From Felis catus (lineage: Eukaryota): a DNA stretch of 64,000 nucleotides. The notes below the pieces were generated by a model, which saw only the letters and a list, made by a program, of their open reading frames with translations, was not told the origin of the DNA and searched no databases. Made by a program: the position numbers and the translations under genes. Positions 50,166-62,011 of the stretch are shown piece by piece; position 1 is the stretch's first letter; the number at the start of each line of letters is the position of its first letter. The stretch is from positions 96,040,001 through 96,104,000 of the forward strand of contig NC_058368.1 of assembly GCF_018350175.1 (NCBI RefSeq). Direction: 5' to 3'.

Positions 50166-51843
50166 TGTAGGGTAGGTGTTAATACTCAGGGATCAAAAGC
50201 CAAGGGCAGTCTAGATTATCTAGGAATAATATTATAGCAGCATTCCCGGGCTAGTGGTCCACATAGGGCATCCACAAACCCTGTGGACAAGCTTATGTGC
50301 TGAGTGCTACATGTATGCCTCCGAGTGTTGATTGAGTTGCTGCATCTGCCTGTGAAGGGTTTTCCAGAATGGAATTGGCCATCTTAAAAAGTTTACCATG
50401 ACCAGTTAAGTCCACCGGCTCCGTGAAAGGCAACCGAGGAAACAGATGGCATATGAATTTGGATATAGGTTATGTAAGTGCACACAAAGAATGATAGGAA
50501 ACGGCACATAGGCACAGAATAGGCACAGAACCTTGTTGGGATTTCTCTGTACATACGGCTACTGCCTTGGAATGGGCTAACATTCTGAAAGGAACCCTCA
50601 CTGCAGGTGAATGGTGATGTGAGTGGCTGGTCTCCAGAATCAGGGCTGCTTTCACAGACAGGCAAAAGACAGATACCATATGTGGGACAGGAAATATTAC
50701 TATCTTATTTTCTATTTTATTCTTCTAAAATGTATTACATGAGTGTATGAGTCATAAACGGTAAGCTGGTACATGGTATCTTAAATCGATACATGCTGGA
50801 AAAGAATCAGAGACCACGTATGAATGCATCTTGAAGCCCCTGCTTAATGATGAAATCTAGCCCATAGTGAAATAAGTAAAAAAAAAAAAATACAGTGTTG
50901 TTGAAATAATTTCAATGAAGAGCAGACACCAAGTACCTTGAGAATTGTGGTTGCACAGCCGAAAGTGCTGTTTACCTTGAGAAAGAAAATATTTACCATG
51001 CAACTAGTGTGGATTGGAACATGGGATGAATCACATTTGCCATATTGCACAAGTTCGGGGGCAGTCATTGCCGTGAAATGTGAATGGTGTTTCCAGTAGG
51101 AAGTCAAGGAGCACGGACTGGAAAGTGAGGGAGAGCAAAGTCCCTTATCACACCTCCTATCAGGTAGTCAACTAAAAGCTCTTAAAATTGAAATACAACA
51201 TTGAAAGTGCACAGTGGCTCTACACTGAACTGCCTTTGTATTCAAAAACGTAGCTGTAATGTACCACTATCTTTTTCATAGAAATAATTGAGGTTTATTT
51301 AAATTCCTTCAGTTTTTCATTCAGTTGTATTTCTTCTGTTGAATTCCAGTAAAAAGAAATTCATCTTTTACTTAATAATGGCATGCATTGTCAAATCCCA
51401 CTTTTTGATCCTTATCTGTGAGCAATTTCTTGCGTTCTTTCTTATTTTGCCGGAATTTTTAATAATGAGCCTGTACCAAAAAAATTCGTTGTTATGAAAA
51501 AATTGTTTAAAAGCAAAGAATGTTCTTTTTAGCGTTGTGACCTGTCCTGCTCATGGCTCCATGGTTTCACATTCACAGGAAAGGCAATTCAATTTCGTTT
51601 TGCTAGTCAATGGACACTTTGTTATAAAGTCATGAAGCTAATCTTGTGTTCAGTCACAAACACTGAGTCTCGTTGTCAAGAATTTCTCTCCAGCTTGAAT
51701 TTACAGAACTTCATATAACGAAAACAAAATGAGCAGTTAAAACAATCATGGCCGTCCTCATTCTCATGGGCCTTGTTGAAGGAGTGGGTTTTACTTACAT
51801 ATGCTCTCACATTAGAACTTCTCTGTCATTCAGGCCAACAAAG

Positions 51844-51845
<2 letters not shown>

Positions 51846-51890
<45 letters not shown>

Positions 51891-51893
51891 CAC
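51846..51893. repeat. (CA)n microsatellite
   Basis: Seen directly, one CG interruption. Confidence 0.97.
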
Positions 51894-52439
51894 TTTTTTA
51901 CTGGTACTTTAGGGCAAAAAATTTTACAAGGGAAATACATAAATAAAAAATATTTTAGATGTAGGAGGGAAAAATATAATAGTGATAGAATGGATTTAAT
52001 TCTCAGTGCTTGTATATGCCACCCCCCTTGATGCAGAAGACCTTACCCATCTCAATGTATACATAATACATAAACAAGCTTGATTAAAGGCATGTGCGTT
52101 AATGTGATGACAGAAGTAGTTTTGTAGAAAAGCAAAAAGAAAAACTCCAATCGTCAGAGTCGAATCAGGGGGATCTCGAGCCTTGCAGCCTGACTGAAGT
52201 GCCTAGCCATCCCTTTTATTGGAATTTTACATGAAGCATATTTTTTTTCTAATTTAGAGAGCAATAATTACTCATTGTAACAATTTTCAGGGAGGAAACA
52301 GCCTGCCAAAAGAAGGGAAACATAATAAATATGATTCTTTTATCAAAAGATAAATGTGAGCAGAGCGGTGAGGACTTCAGGAAATTTAAGTGTACTAAAC
52401 ATTTAATATGTGACCGAACCTTTTACTTACTTGATCTGT

Positions 52440-52565
52440 TTCTATCTCTAGACAGCTGTAATGAATCTCCTTTTTTCAAGGTAAGTAAACTGAGGCTCAA
52501 CGAGATGGTGTCCCTTGTCTAGTCTTGAGGACTGGTTAGTTGTAAGGCTCAGGATTACACTCTGG
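52440..52565 (-). mobile_element. MIR relic
   Basis: AAGGTAAGTAAACTGAGGCTCAACGAGATGG core. Confidence 0.65.
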
Positions 52566-52578
52566 CTTTGCATTTTCT

Positions 52579-52772
52579 CTCTGTCTTTTTCTAATGTTGT
52601 ATTTATTTTTTGAGAGAGTGCAAGCAGGGGAGGGCGGGGGGCAGACAGAGGATCCAAAGCAGGCTCTGAGCTGACAGCAGAGAGCCTGATGTGGGGCTTG
52701 AACCCATGAACCATGAGGTTATGACCTGAGCGGAAGTTGGACAGTCAACTGACTGAGCCACCCTGGTGTCCC
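52579..52772 (-). mobile_element. CanSINE
   Basis: TSD CTGGCTT(T/A)GCATTTTCT at 52562-52578 and 52772-52788. Confidence 0.95.
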
Positions 52773-52812
52773 TGGCTTAGCATTTTCTAAAGCTCACCCG
52801 GAAAGCTCTGGA

Positions 52813-52990
52813 CTAGTAGTCTTCAGTCCTGGCTATGCATTACGATCCCACCATCGAACTTTTCAAAGTCATGGTGCCCACAGCAAGCACACAGAGATTC
52901 TGATTGGACTGGTCTGCAGTGTGGCTCGCTTTTTGGTTATTTTTGAATACATGTAACTCTGAGATCCCATCCCTGTGCCTGGGATCCAGA
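52813..52990. mobile_element. MER5-like DNA transposon relic
   Basis: CCTGGCTATGCATTACGATC...CAGAGATTCTGATTGGACTGGTCTGCAGTGTGG. Confidence 0.6.
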
Positions 52991-54599
52991 TTATAAATAC
53001 TTTATTCTTGGTTAGTGTTTTCAGGTACAAATAAAAATGCTGGATATTGTCATCTCTCATGTCCAGTGTATGAATTGCCCTGACGAAGTTTGGTGTATGA
53101 CACAAAAACACGCAAGAGCCTATTACATTCTAGCTAATGTGTCTCCTAATGGTACACCTTCTAAACATAGACCCCACCCTGAAATACACCTCTGACCTCA
53201 GCCCTACTCTGCATATTGTGAGGGTAGAGAAAGATTGTTGAAAGAATGTTTGTCAGACTTGAATCTTACTGAGATTTTTAGGAAGTTCTAGGTTTAAGCC
53301 TTTCACTCATATCAGTGAAGACTGGATCAATGCAGTTAGGTTTCTCCTCCAACAAGAATCAGAATAAATCAAATAGAGGGAAACATCTGCCTGAGCCCAG
53401 AACAGCTTGTGGGTTGATTTTTGTCGGAAGAGCCAACCAAACCCGAGGTTCATCAGCTCTGCCCTCACCAACAGATGTCACTGCAGTCAAGAAGAATTAA
53501 CTGTGGGGTTATCATGCTACAGGCAGTGTAATCAGATCAAGGTGCTAAAATTTAGTAACTCAGGAACACAAATGTTGATTTTTTTTTTCTTTTGGCTTGC
53601 ACACACACACGTGGCAGGCAAGTGGTAGGTTGGGTTATAGCTAACTTGGGTATACTTACTATTGGATCTGTGTTTTTGGTTTTCATCTTCCCTTTTGATG
53701 ATTATCAGTGATGTGGATTTTTATAGGTGAACAAATTGTGCCCTGTCATCGACACTTGCAAAGCAGCTAGACATCCTTAGTTCAGCAAGTTTTGAGTGGG
53801 CAAAAGTACTGAAACAGAAAAACAGAGCAAAGTGTACTAGATTTAAACAAAAATAAGAAAAGGAAATGAAGACAAGATTCGTGTGACAGCACAAAGTCCA
53901 AGCTAGTGGCCTCCCATTGGGAAACAACAGGAAATAGCCAAGAGCTGAAGAATGGAGGGGGCTACCGTAGGGACAGGCACCTGGGGGACCTGGAAATGTC
54001 AGTCCAGAAGGAAAGGCAAGTGTCCTGCTCACTTCCTACCAGCAACAAGGCTTCTTCTGCAGTGGTTCAGGGCTGGAAAACCCAGAGGTCTATGGATATG
54101 AATCATATCTAGAAACCTTATGTTATCATCTCTCAGGATGTGAACCAATTGTACACGAAGGAAGGACTTTCGTGCAATGCATACTCTGGTTTTACAACTG
54201 GAATAAGATGTTTAGAAGTGCTTCTCAGAGCTTCCAGATCTTTTTGGAAACCACAGTTAAAAATAAACAAGGATATCCTTGGTCTGTCTTCTCCTTATAT
54301 ATTATTTTCCAGGGAAACCACCAGTATAAACTATCTGATTGTAATTTTTCAACGTTGTTAAAGGAAACAATCAGGCTTCAGAGCTGTCCAGCACTTGAAA
54401 CACCCACTAAAAATGGCATTAACAACCTTCAAAAATAGAAAGCAGAAGAGAAGAGTCCTTTGTATCAGAATATTTGTTTATGGGCTGAATGTTATAAATC
54501 TGAGTGCCAGTACCACTCGTATGAGGTGAAATTGGAAGTTAGTTTTTTTTTTTTTTCCATCTCAACAGAGATACTCAACTTTGAGTTTCCACCAGTTTT

Positions 54600-54886
54600 T
54601 ACAAGTTTATTTATTTTGAAACCTTTTGTTTTGACGTTTTGAAGTTTAAAGTTTTATTTTGAAAGTTCATTTTGAAAATAAGTTTATTTATTTATTTAGA
54701 GACAGAGAGAGAGGGATGCAGTGAGGAATTTGGGGGCACAGAGAGAGAGAGAGAAAATCCCAAGCAGGCTCCATGCGGTCGATGCAAAGCCTGACATGGG
54801 GCTCAAACTCACAGTCCACGAGATCATGACCTGAGCTGAATTCAAGATTCAGATGCTTAACTGACTGAGACACGCATGTGGCCCTC
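54600..54886 (-). mobile_element. CanSINE with long patterned tail
   Basis: SINE body 54690-54886; tail region 54600-54690 built of TTTTGAAA-like units. Confidence 0.85.
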
Positions 54887-54894
54887 CCACAGTT

Positions 54895-54895
54895 C

Positions 54896-54950
<55 letters not shown>
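54895..54950. repeat. (TTTA)n microsatellite
   Basis: About 13 units. Confidence 0.97.
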
Positions 54951-55709
54951 TAGGAAACAATATAACAAATAATGTAGAAGCCTACTGTGACAGAAAGCAT
55001 GAAGTAGATGATTTAAAAAAAAATACTGCTCTGACAATTATTGGCAGTCAGTACCATTAAAGGGACATTACCAGGCTAATTCACTCTCCAAGTGTATCTT
55101 GCATTAAATGAGAACTCATTATCGTGTCTTGGTCAGGCATTTTAATACTTACCCTCAGGGCATTAGGGCAGAGTGGTGTTTTTTTTTTAAAACAAATATA
55201 ATAAACATTTGCAATTCCAAATATGCTCTGAACAATACCTTCCGGTGCCTTAGAAGCATCATTGTCTGTATTTGCACACATACAAATCACGCATACCGAC
55301 AATTTTGTGAAGCACTGAGAATCCAGAAGTCACAGATCAACTTGAGATTACCTCTGATTGCTATTCAGTGTGGTCAAATTATTTTCAAGCTGTCACAGTA
55401 CTTTTAAAGGAGAACATCAAGGAGTTCACCAAAAAAATGGAGTTTGGTACCATGATACAAGTCAGAATAGTGAAGGTAGGGAGCAAATAAAGTAAAAAGC
55501 AATTATTGATTTGCAATACATCTTTGAAAAACTGGGAAGAGCAATGCTTTTTATTTCAGAGGATGAGATAAGATTATTGAACTGTATGAATCTCAATATG
55601 TTTGGATCCCAGGAATTTCCTTTTATGCAGGAAGTGGTCCAAACCCTTAAATAAATGGACTGGTGAATGAAATGTCGTGGCACCATGTAATAAAACAATG
55701 GGTATCAGA

Positions 55710-55728
55710 CTTACTATATAGTCTTACT

Positions 55729-55773
<45 letters not shown>

Positions 55774-55968
55774 GATATATATATATATGTATATGTATAT
55801 ATGTATATATTGTAATATACTATACTATATATATACTATACTATATATGTATAATTCATATATATATAGTACTATACTATACTATATATATACTATACTA
55901 CTATACTACATATATATAATTCATTATATTATATATATATAATTCATGATATTATATATAAATATAAT
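55710..55968. repeat. AT-rich compound repeat (TA)n/(TATG)n/(TACTA)n
   Basis: Seen directly. Confidence 0.95.
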
Positions 55969-56780
55969 GAGTCAAGCTGTGCCCTTGTATCCTGCCCCTA
56001 TTGTGTCTTTACTTCCTACCCAGTTATATGCATGTGCATAAGAGACTCCTACTTAATCTCTCAGCTTTAGAGCGAGAACCACACACTACATAGATATCAA
56101 AGAAGTTGGGGGAGAAAAGAACAAGCAAAACAAAAACAATGAGGTTTAGAGTTTCTCAACCTGAACATGAATGCCTGATTTAGTCCTTCAAACTATTAAC
56201 AAGAGCAAGTCATTTATATTTTCTCTAACGTGGAGGTAAGAATATGAACTCTGAATTGTGGCAAGTAACAAATGAAACTGTACCTAGTTATGTATATGTG
56301 AGTGTGTTTTCTGCGTAAGGTGCTTGCAAATGTTGTGTAATATTAACTAGAGAAAGCATACTTCGTTTACCTACACAATGATTCATTAGGTGATAGGTTT
56401 AACTTCTCTAACATGGATTGCTGATCTGAGTTTGGTTCTTGTTTGGTAGATCTTACAAGAATTCAGATTTCTTTCTCCAGTCGGATTGAATGAGTTCCAT
56501 AGCTGATCTTAAGTCACAGTTGACCTACAGTATTATATTAATTTCAGGTATATAACATAGTGATTTGACAATCGTATACATTACAAAATGCTCAGCATGA
56601 TAAGTGTAGTTACCATCTGTTACCATACAGGGTGATTACAATATTATTGACTTTGTATCCTATGCTGTGCGTTTCATCCCTGTGATTTATTTTATAACTA
56701 AAAGTTTGTCCTTCTTAATCCTGTTGAATCATTTTACCCATCCCCTCATCCCATTTGCCTCTGAAACCACCAGTTTATTT

Positions 56781-57015
56781 TCTGTACTTAAGAGTCTCTT
56801 TTTTGTTTCTTTTGTTTTGTTTTGATTTCACATTTAAATGAAAACATGTAACATTTGTCTGACTCTGTCCATTTATTTCACTTAGCATGATACTTAAGAG
56901 TCTGTACTTAAGAGTCTCTTTTTTGTTTCTTTTGTTTTGTTTTGATTTCACATTTAAATGAAAACATGTAACATTTGTCTGACTCTGTCCATTTATTTCA
57001 CTTAGCATGATACTT
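56781..57015. repeat. Perfect tandem duplication, period 120 bp
   Basis: 56781-56895 identical to 56901-57015, separated by AAGAG. Confidence 0.97.
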
Positions 57016-60000
57016 TCCAGGTCCATCCATGATTTTGGGAATGGCAAGATCTTATTGTTGTCTTAGAGCTGAGTAATATTTCATTATATATGTTTACTCC
57101 GTCTTCTTTATCCGTGTATCTATCAGTGGGCACACAGGCTATTTCCATATCTTGGCTATTGTAAATAATGCTGTCCTGAACGTAAGGGTACATAGATCTT
57201 GTATCATTTTTTTTTTTTTCATTTTCTTCAGGTAAATACCTAGAAGTGGAATTACCAGATCATATGGTACTTCTTTTTTTAATTTCTTGAGAAACTTCCA
57301 TACTATTTTCATTAGTGGCTTCGCCAATTTACATTCCTACCAACATTGCAAGAGGGTTCCCTTTTAGCCACATCCTTGCCAACACCTATTGTCTTTTTGA
57401 TACTAGCCATTCCGACAGATGTGAAATGATATCTCACTGTGGTTTCAATTCGCATTTCCCTGATTATTAGTAACATTGAGCATGTTTTCCTGTGTCTGTT
57501 GTCATGTGTAGATCTTTTGAAACATGTGTATTCAGATCTTGTATTTATTTTCTAATTAGATTTTTTTTTCTTGGTGTTGAGTTACAGAAGTTTTTTTTTT
57601 TCCCTTATATTGTCAATAGTAATCCCTTATCAGATAAATCACTTGCAAATATCTTTTCTCATCCAGTAGGTTGACTTTGCATCTTGTGGGTGCTTTCCTT
57701 GTGCAAGAGGTTTTTAATTGGACATAGTCCCAAGAAAATGTCACCAACATTGATGTCCAGGAGTTTACTGTGTATGTTTTCTTTGAGAAGTTTTTATGAT
57801 TTCAGGTCCTCTATATAGGTGTTCAATCCATTTTGAGTTTATTTTTGAATATGGTATAAGAGAATGGTCCAGTTTCATTCTTTCATATATTGCTGTCTAG
57901 TTTTCCCAGGACCATTGGCTGAAGACACTATTTTTTTTTTCCATTGTATGTTCTTGTTTCCTTTGCCATAGATAACTTGACCATATAAGCATGGTATTAT
58001 TTCTGGGCACTTTATTTTGTTCTTTTGATATGTGTGTCTCTTTTTGTGCCAGTGCTGTACTATTTTAATTACTATCGCTTTGTACTACAGTTTGAAATCT
58101 GAGATGGTGATACCTCTAGCTTTGTACTTCTTCAGCAAGATTGCTTTAGCTACTCAGGGTCTTTGGTGTTTCCATGCAAATTTTAGGTTTATTCCAGTTC
58201 TGTGAAAAACACTGTTGGTGTCGTGCTAGAGATTGTATTGGATCTGTAGATTGCTTTGAGTAGTATGGACATTTTAACAATACTCTTCCAATTTGTAGGC
58301 CTGGTATATCTTTCCACTTATTGGTATTATCTTTAATTTCGTACATCCATGTTTTAGGGTTTTCAGAGTTCAGGTCTTATATCTTCTTGGTTAAATTTAT
58401 TCTAGGTATTTTATTCTTTTTGATTCAGTTACAAATGGGATTGTTTCCTTAATTTCTCTTTCTGCTACTTAGTTCATAGTGTGTACAAGCACCAGACATT
58501 CCTGTATATTAATTTTGTATCTTACAACTTAATGGATTCATTTATTGGTTCTAATGGCTTATTTGTTGGGGTCTTTTGGGTATTCTATATGTAGTATTAT
58601 GCCATCTATAAATAGTGACAGTTTTACTTCTTCCATACCAATTTAGATGCTTTTTATTTCTTTTTCCTGTCTGATTGCTTGCAGATAGGATTTCTGGTAC
58701 TGTGTTGAATAAAAGTGGTGAGAATGGACATCCTTGTCTTATTCCTGATCTTAAATAAAAGCTCTCAGGTTTTCATCAGTGAGTATGGGCTTAGATGTGA
58801 CTTTTTCATAGATGGCCTTTATTATGTGGAGGTATTGTTCCTTCTAAACCCCCTTTCTGAGAGTTTTTACCACGGATGGATGTTGTATTTTGTCAAATGT
58901 TTTTTCTGCATCTATTCAGATGATCATATGGTTGTTATCCTTTCTCTAATTATTGTGATATGTTACATGGATTATTTTTTGTGAAAATTGAACCACTTTC
59001 ACATCCCTGAAGTAAATTCCCCTTGATCGTGGTGAATAATTATTTTAATGTATTGTTGAATTCACTATGCTCATATTTTATTCATTTTGCTTTTATGTTC
59101 GTCAGTGATATTAACCTATAAGTAGGTTTCATTGTTCTGTCTTCATCTGGTTTTGGTACCATTAGAATGCTGGCCTGGTGGATTAAATCTGGAAACATTC
59201 CTTACTCTTCTACTTGATGGAAAAGTTGATGAGGAAGAGGTTTTAGCGCTTCTGTAAATGTTTGGTGAAATTCAGCTGTGAAGTCAGTCCTGGACTTGTG
59301 TTCATTGGCATGTTTTGATTACTGATTGAGTCTCCTTACACATAACTTATTTGTTGAGATTTTCCTCCTGATTCACTCTTGGAAGATTGTATATTTCTAT
59401 GACTTCATCCATTTCCCCTGGCTCTTCCAATTTGTTAGCTTATAATGTTTGTAGTAGTTTCTGACCATTCTTTGCACTTCTTTGGTTTGGGCTGTAATTT
59501 CTCTTTCATTCTGATTCTGTTTATTGGAGCCTTCTCTCTCTTTTTTCTTTTTTTCTGGTGAAGCCTAGTGTGGGTTTATCAATTGTATCTTTTCAGTAAG
59601 CCAGCTCTTAGTTCCATTGAATCTGTTCTATTCTTTTTGATCTTTTTGGTAGTCTTTTGTTTCAGCCCTAGTACTTATTTTTCATTCCTTCTCCAAACTT
59701 TGGGTTTCATTTGTTTTTCTTCTTTTAATTCCTTTAAGTATAAATTACATTGTTTATTTGATATTTTTCTGTCTTCTTCAGGAAAGTCTGTATTGCATAG
59801 ACTTGTCCCTTGGAACTGCTCTTGTTGCATCCCAAGTATTTTGAACCACTGTGTTTCTATTTTCATTTGCCTCCAGGTTTTTTTTTTTTTTTTAATTTCT
59901 GGTGTGTGTGTGTGTGTGTGTGTGCGTGTTGACCATTGCTTTTTTAGTAGCATGTTGTTTAGCTTCCATGTAGTTTTGTTTCTTTAATTTTTTTTTCCTT

Positions 60001-60046
60001 GATTAATTTCGAGTTTCATAACATTGTCATTAGAAAAGATGTTTGA

Positions 60047-60213
60047 GGGGCACTTGGGTGGCTCGGGCAGTTAAGTGTCTGACTCTTGACTTTGGTTCAG
60101 GTCCTGATCTCATGGTTTGTGAGTTGGGGCCCCATGTCAGGCTCTGAACGTCAGCACAGAGCCTGCATGGTAGTCTCTGTACCCCCTCTCTCTCTGTTTC
60201 TCTCCTGCCCGTT

Positions 60214-60260
<47 letters not shown>
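60047..60260 (+). mobile_element. CanSINE nested in L1, A tail missing
   Basis: GGGGCACTTGGGTGGCTCGG head; ends in (CT)n directly abutting L1 sequence. Confidence 0.92.
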
Positions 60261-60263
<3 letters not shown>

Positions 60264-61657
60264 TAGCACAGATGCTACATGTGCAATTGAAAAGAATGCA
60301 TATTCTGCTGTTTTTAGATGAAATGTTCTGTATATATCTATTAAGTCTATTTGGCCTAATGTCTCATTCTGCCAATGTTTCCTTATTGATTTTCTCTCTG
60401 GATAATTGATCCATTTATGTAGGTGGGATGTTAAAGTCCCCTATTATTTTATTACTGCTGCCAATTTCTTCCTTCATATCTGTTAATATTTGCTTTATTT
60501 ATTTAGGTGCTCATATGTTGAGTGCATAGGTACTTAGATATGTTATATCTTCTTCTTGGATTGATCCCTTTCTTACTATGTAATGCCCTTTATTATCTTT
60601 TGTTATACTTTGCTTTAAAGTCTGTATTGTCTGATGTAAATACTGTTACACCAGTTTTTGTTTTCTCTTCCATTTGCATGGACTGTCTTTTACTATCCCT
60701 TCATTTTCAGTCTGTGTGTGTCTTTAGATCCAAATTGTCTCTTGCATACACTATGTAGATTATTCTTTTTTTTTTTATCCATTTACTCACCCTGTGTGCT
60801 TTACTTGGAGCGTTTATTCCATTAATATTTAAAGTAATTATTGATGTGTATGTACTTATTACCATTTATTAAAAATTGTTCCCTGGTTGTTTTTGTAGTT
60901 CTTCTCTGTTCATTTCTCCTCTTTTTCTATTCCTTGTGATTTAATGATTTTTTTTTAAAGTGTGGTGCTTGAATTCTTTTCTCTTTATTTCTTGTGTACC
61001 TATTATAGATTTTGGTTTTTGGTTACTGTGAAGTTCATATATGACATCCTATGTATATGGCAATCAATATTAAACTGGTGGTTGCTCAAGTTCAAATGCA
61101 TTCTAAAAGTACTACATTTTTAATCCTCCTCTGCTACACATTTTGTGTCTATGTCATAATTTACATCTTTTTATTTTGTGTATCCCTTGACTAGTTTTTC
61201 TACATATCATTGATTTTCTTTTGTCTTTTAAGCATCATACTACTTCAGTAAGTGATTGATCTGTCTTACTGTATGTTGGCTTTTATCAGTGATTTTTTTC
61301 CCCATAATTTTCTTACTTCTAGTTATGGCCTTTTCTTTTCTGATTAAAGAAGTAGCTTTAATATTTCTTACAATTCTAGTTTGGTAGTGATAAGCTCCTT
61401 TAACTTTTGTTTGGGAAACTCCATATCTCCTTTTCAGTTATGAATGATAACCTTGCTGGGTAGAGTGTTCTCAGTTGTAGGTCTTGTTCTTGACCTTGAC
61501 CAAAGGTCAGCACTTGGAATGTATCCTCTCATTCCATTTTGGCCTGAAAAATTTCTGCTCAAAAATCAACCCATATCCTTAAGGATTTCTCTTGTATATA
61601 AATACTTACTTTTCTCTTGATGCTTTTAAGATTCTCTTTTTATCTTTAATTTTTGAC

Positions 61658-61694
61658 TTTTTTAAAGAATGTTTTTGATGTTTATTTATGCTTT

Positions 61695-61748
<54 letters not shown>

Positions 61749-61913
61749 ATGAGCAGGGGAGGGGCAGAGAGAAGGGGAGAGAGAATCCCAAGCAGGTTCC
61801 ATGATGTCAGTGCAGAGCCTGACACGGGGCTCAAAACCATGAACCGTGAGATCATGACCTGAGCTGAAATCAAGAGTCGAACACTTAACCAACTGATCCA
61901 CCCAAGCGTGCCA
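61658..61913 (-). mobile_element. CanSINE nested in L1
   Basis: TSD TAATTTTTGAC at 61647-61657 and 61914-61924. Confidence 0.95.
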
Positions 61914-61963
61914 TAATTTTTGACATTTTAATTATGTTTCTTGGAATGGACCTCTTTGAATAG

Positions 61964-62011
61964 ATTCCTCTTGGAATGGATTCCTCTTGGAATGGGTTCC
62001 TCTTGGAATGG
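61964..62011. repeat. 16-bp tandem repeat (ATTCCTCTTGGAATGG) x3
   Basis: Three near-perfect units plus two degenerate units upstream at 61936-61963. Confidence 0.92.

Noticed and set aside
56775..57047. ORF with an internal 40-aa repeat
   Set aside because: Result of the 120-bp DNA duplication inside decayed L1 sequence
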